Notes under the pieces: generated by a model
What the model saw: only the letters and a program-made list of their open reading frames with translations
Database searches by the model: none
Told to the model about the DNA's origin: nothing
Made by a program: the position numbers and the translations under genes
Shown: positions 39,701 through 41,855 of the stretch, piece after piece
Layout: every line of letters begins with the position of its first letter
How positions within the stretch are numbered: the stretch's first letter is position 1
Origin: Nocardioides sp.
GTDB lineage: Bacteria; Actinomycetota; Actinomycetes; Propionibacteriales; Nocardioidaceae
NCBI GenBank assembly: GCA_025964835.1
Contig: JAOPYB010000305.1
Coordinates: 1-41,855, forward strand
Direction of reading: 5' to 3'
Length of the DNA: 41,855 bases

Positions 39701-41824
39701 GTGAACCGCATCCGCTCGTGGTCGTGGAAGAAGCGCATCGGCATCGGGGCGGCGAGCGGCTTCGGCCTGCTCGTGCTGCTGGTGCTCGGCGGCTACCTGC
39801 TCACCGATCTGCCGCCTGCCAACGCGTCCGCCGTCAGCGAGGCCACCGTCATCCGGTACGCCGACGGCGGCGAGATCGGCCGGATCGGCGCGCAGAACCG
39901 CGAGCTGGTGACGCTCGACAAGATCAGCGACCCGGCGCAGAAGGCCGTGCTCGCCGCTGAGGACCGGGGCTTCTACACCGAGCCGGGCATCAGCCTGAAG
40001 GGCATCGGCCGCGCGCTGTTCACCAACGTCAAGGGCGGCGGCGGCATCCAGCAGGGTGGCTCGACGATCACCCAGCAGTACGCGAAGAACGCCTACCTGA
40101 CGCAGAACCGCACCTACACCCGCAAGGTCAAGGAGGTCTTCATCGCGCTGAAGCTCTCCCGCAACCTGCCGAAGGACGAGATCCTCGAGCGGTACCTCAA
40201 CACCATCTACTTCGGCCGCGGCGCGTCCGGCATCCAGGTGGCGGCCCAGACGTACTTCGGCACGACGGCCGAGCGCCTGACGGTCGCGCAGGCGGCGGTG
40301 CTCGCCTCGACCATCCGCTCGCCTGGGGCCTACGACCCGACCCGGCACCCGGAGCGCGCGCAGGAGCGGTTCGACTACGTCCTCGACGGGATGGTCAAGA
40401 AGGGTTGGCTGACCGCGGCGGAGCGCGAGGCCACCACGTACCCGAACGTGCTCAAGCCGGGCGCCGGCAAGCAGGGCAACACCAACGACCGCAAGGGCCC
40501 GAAGGGCTACGTGCTCGACATGGTCGAGGAGGAGCTGGCCCGCAAGGGCATCGGCGAGGAGCAGCTCGCGCAGGGCGGCTACGTCGTCCAGACGACGCTG
40601 CGGCGCAAGGCGCAGGAGGCCGCGGTCCGCACGATCCAGGAGGCGGTGCCGGTCTCGTCCGCGCAGAGCGCACCGCAGGCGGCCCTCGTGTCCATCAAGC
40701 CCGACACCGGCGAGGTCTGGGCGTACTACGGGGGCAGCGCCGGCAACGCGGGCACCGACTACGCCAACGGCGAGACTCGCCAGCCCGGCTCCTCGTTCAA
40801 GCCGTACGTGCTCGCCACGGCACTCGAGGCGGGCACCGGGCTCGGCACGCGGTACGACGGCAGCGCGCCGCAGGAGATCTGCGGCCAGGAGATCGACAAC
40901 GACGAGGGCGACCCGCCGCTCGGCCGCATCGACCTCGTCAAGGGGCTCGCGCTGTCGGTCAACACCGTCTACTTCCGGCTCGCCTGTGACGTCGGCCCGA
41001 AGAAGGTCGCCGATCTCGCGAAGCGGGCCGGCATCGACCCGTCGCGCAAGCTCGCCGAGAGCAGCGGCGACACCGCGGCCGGCATCGGCCTCGGCATCTA
41101 CCCGGTCTCGGTCTTCGACCAGGCGAAGGGGTACGCCACCTTCGCCGCGCAGGGCGTGCACCACGAGGCGCACTTCGTGAAGACGGTGAAGCAGGGCGGC
41201 GACGTCGTCTACAAGGAGCAGGACGAGAAGCAGACGGCGTTCAGCGAGGACGTCGCCGCCGACGCCACCTACGCGATGCAGCAGGTCGTCGAGGACGGGA
41301 CCGGCACCCGCGCGCAGCTCGCCGGCAACCGGCCGGCCGCCGGCAAGACGGGCACGACCAACGAGAACAAGGACGCCTGGTTCTGCGGGTTCACCCCGCA
41401 GCTCGCCACGGCCGTCTGGCTCGGCCGGCCGGACCGCCAGCCGCTCAAGGGCGTGCTGGGCAGCACCCGCGGCATCTACGGCGGCACGATCCCGGCCGGC
41501 ATCTGGAAGAGCTACACCGACACGGCGCTGGAGGGCCAGGAGGAGGAGCAGTTCCCGAAGCGGGCCAACGTCGGCAAGAGCGCGGACGTCGGCAACGGGA
41601 GCGGCGGCACGAGCGGCGGGTACACCTACGAGCCGCGCCGGTCGCGCGAGCCGTCGGCGGAGCCGAGCAGCGACAGCTCACCGCTGCCAGACCAGTCGCC
41701 GGTGCCACCGCCGTCGCAGGCACCGCCGTCGTACGCGCCGCCGCCCTCGCCGCAGCCGGAGCCGAGCCAGCCCCCGCCTCCGCCGCCGAGCCAGGAGCCG
41801 CCGCCGTCGCCCGCCCCGTCGTAA
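39701..41824 (+). CDS. Class A penicillin-binding protein (transglycosylase + transpeptidase)
   Basis: N-terminal TM; AEDRGFY, GGSTITQQYAKN, YLNTIYFG; SSFK, SVN, KTGT; Pro-rich tail; GTG start at 39701. Confidence 0.95.
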   Translation: MNRIRSWSWKKRIGIGAASGFGLLVLLVLGGYLLTDLPPANASAVSEATVIRYADGGEIGRIGAQNRELVTLDKISDPAQKAVLAAEDRGFYTEPGISLKGIGRALFTNVKGGGGIQQGGSTITQQYAKNAYLTQNRTYTRKVKEVFIALKLSRNLPKDEILERYLNTIYFGRGASGIQVAAQTYFGTTAERLTVAQAAVLASTIRSPGAYDPTRHPERAQERFDYVLDGMVKKGWLTAAEREATTYPNVLKPGAGKQGNTNDRKGPKGYVLDMVEEELARKGIGEEQLAQGGYVVQTTLRRKAQEAAVRTIQEAVPVSSAQSAPQAALVSIKPDTGEVWAYYGGSAGNAGTDYANGETRQPGSSFKPYVLATALEAGTGLGTRYDGSAPQEICGQEIDNDEGDPPLGRIDLVKGLALSVNTVYFRLACDVGPKKVADLAKRAGIDPSRKLAESSGDTAAGIGLGIYPVSVFDQAKGYATFAAQGVHHEAHFVKTVKQGGDVVYKEQDEKQTAFSEDVAADATYAMQQVVEDGTGTRAQLAGNRPAAGKTGTTNENKDAWFCGFTPQLATAVWLGRPDRQPLKGVLGSTRGIYGGTIPAGIWKSYTDTALEGQEEEQFPKRANVGKSADVGNGSGGTSGGYTYEPRRSREPSAEPSSDSSPLPDQSPVPPPSQAPPSYAPPPSPQPEPSQPPPPPPSQEPPPSPAPS

Positions 41825-41855
41825 CGTGCGCGGGTGACCGCTGTCGCCCCGCCGC

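Overview
High-GC actinobacterial chromosome segment spanning the replication origin. Gene order and protein style suggest Nocardioidaceae, which is my inference. Conserved core, left to right: tRNA-Ala, DLW-39, tRNA-Ile, DUF3566, gyrA, gyrB, DUF721(dciA), recF, gnd, dnaN, oriC, dnaA (all minus); rpmH, rnpA, yidD, yidC, jag, rsmG, parA, parB (plus); then acyltransferase, alaA-type aminotransferase, GNAT, cwlM-like, trxA, trxB, transglutaminase-like gene, anti-sigma, sigM, pseudokinase, murJ, DUF6049, CCA enzyme, a D-cysteine-desulfhydrase-like PLP enzyme, a membrane protein, ino1, padR and a class A PBP. The left ~1.9 kb is a lower-GC accessory segment at the 3' end of tRNA-Ala. It carries a Vsr endonuclease and, divergently, a C5-cytosine methyltransferase that the ORF track missed; it runs off the window and has an N-terminal HTH-like region and an unusual insertion. 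The most notable unexplained signals are: (i) two related 8-bp-phased TGTCGACA arrays, one inside dnaA and one just after parB; (ii) the HTH-MTase/Vsr module; (iii) window-wide enrichment of CGTACG; (iv) a long hairpin between divergent genes; (v) hints that the right end (ino1 5' half, padR, PBP) has a different origin. Family assignments come from recognised motifs and synteny; no database searches were run.
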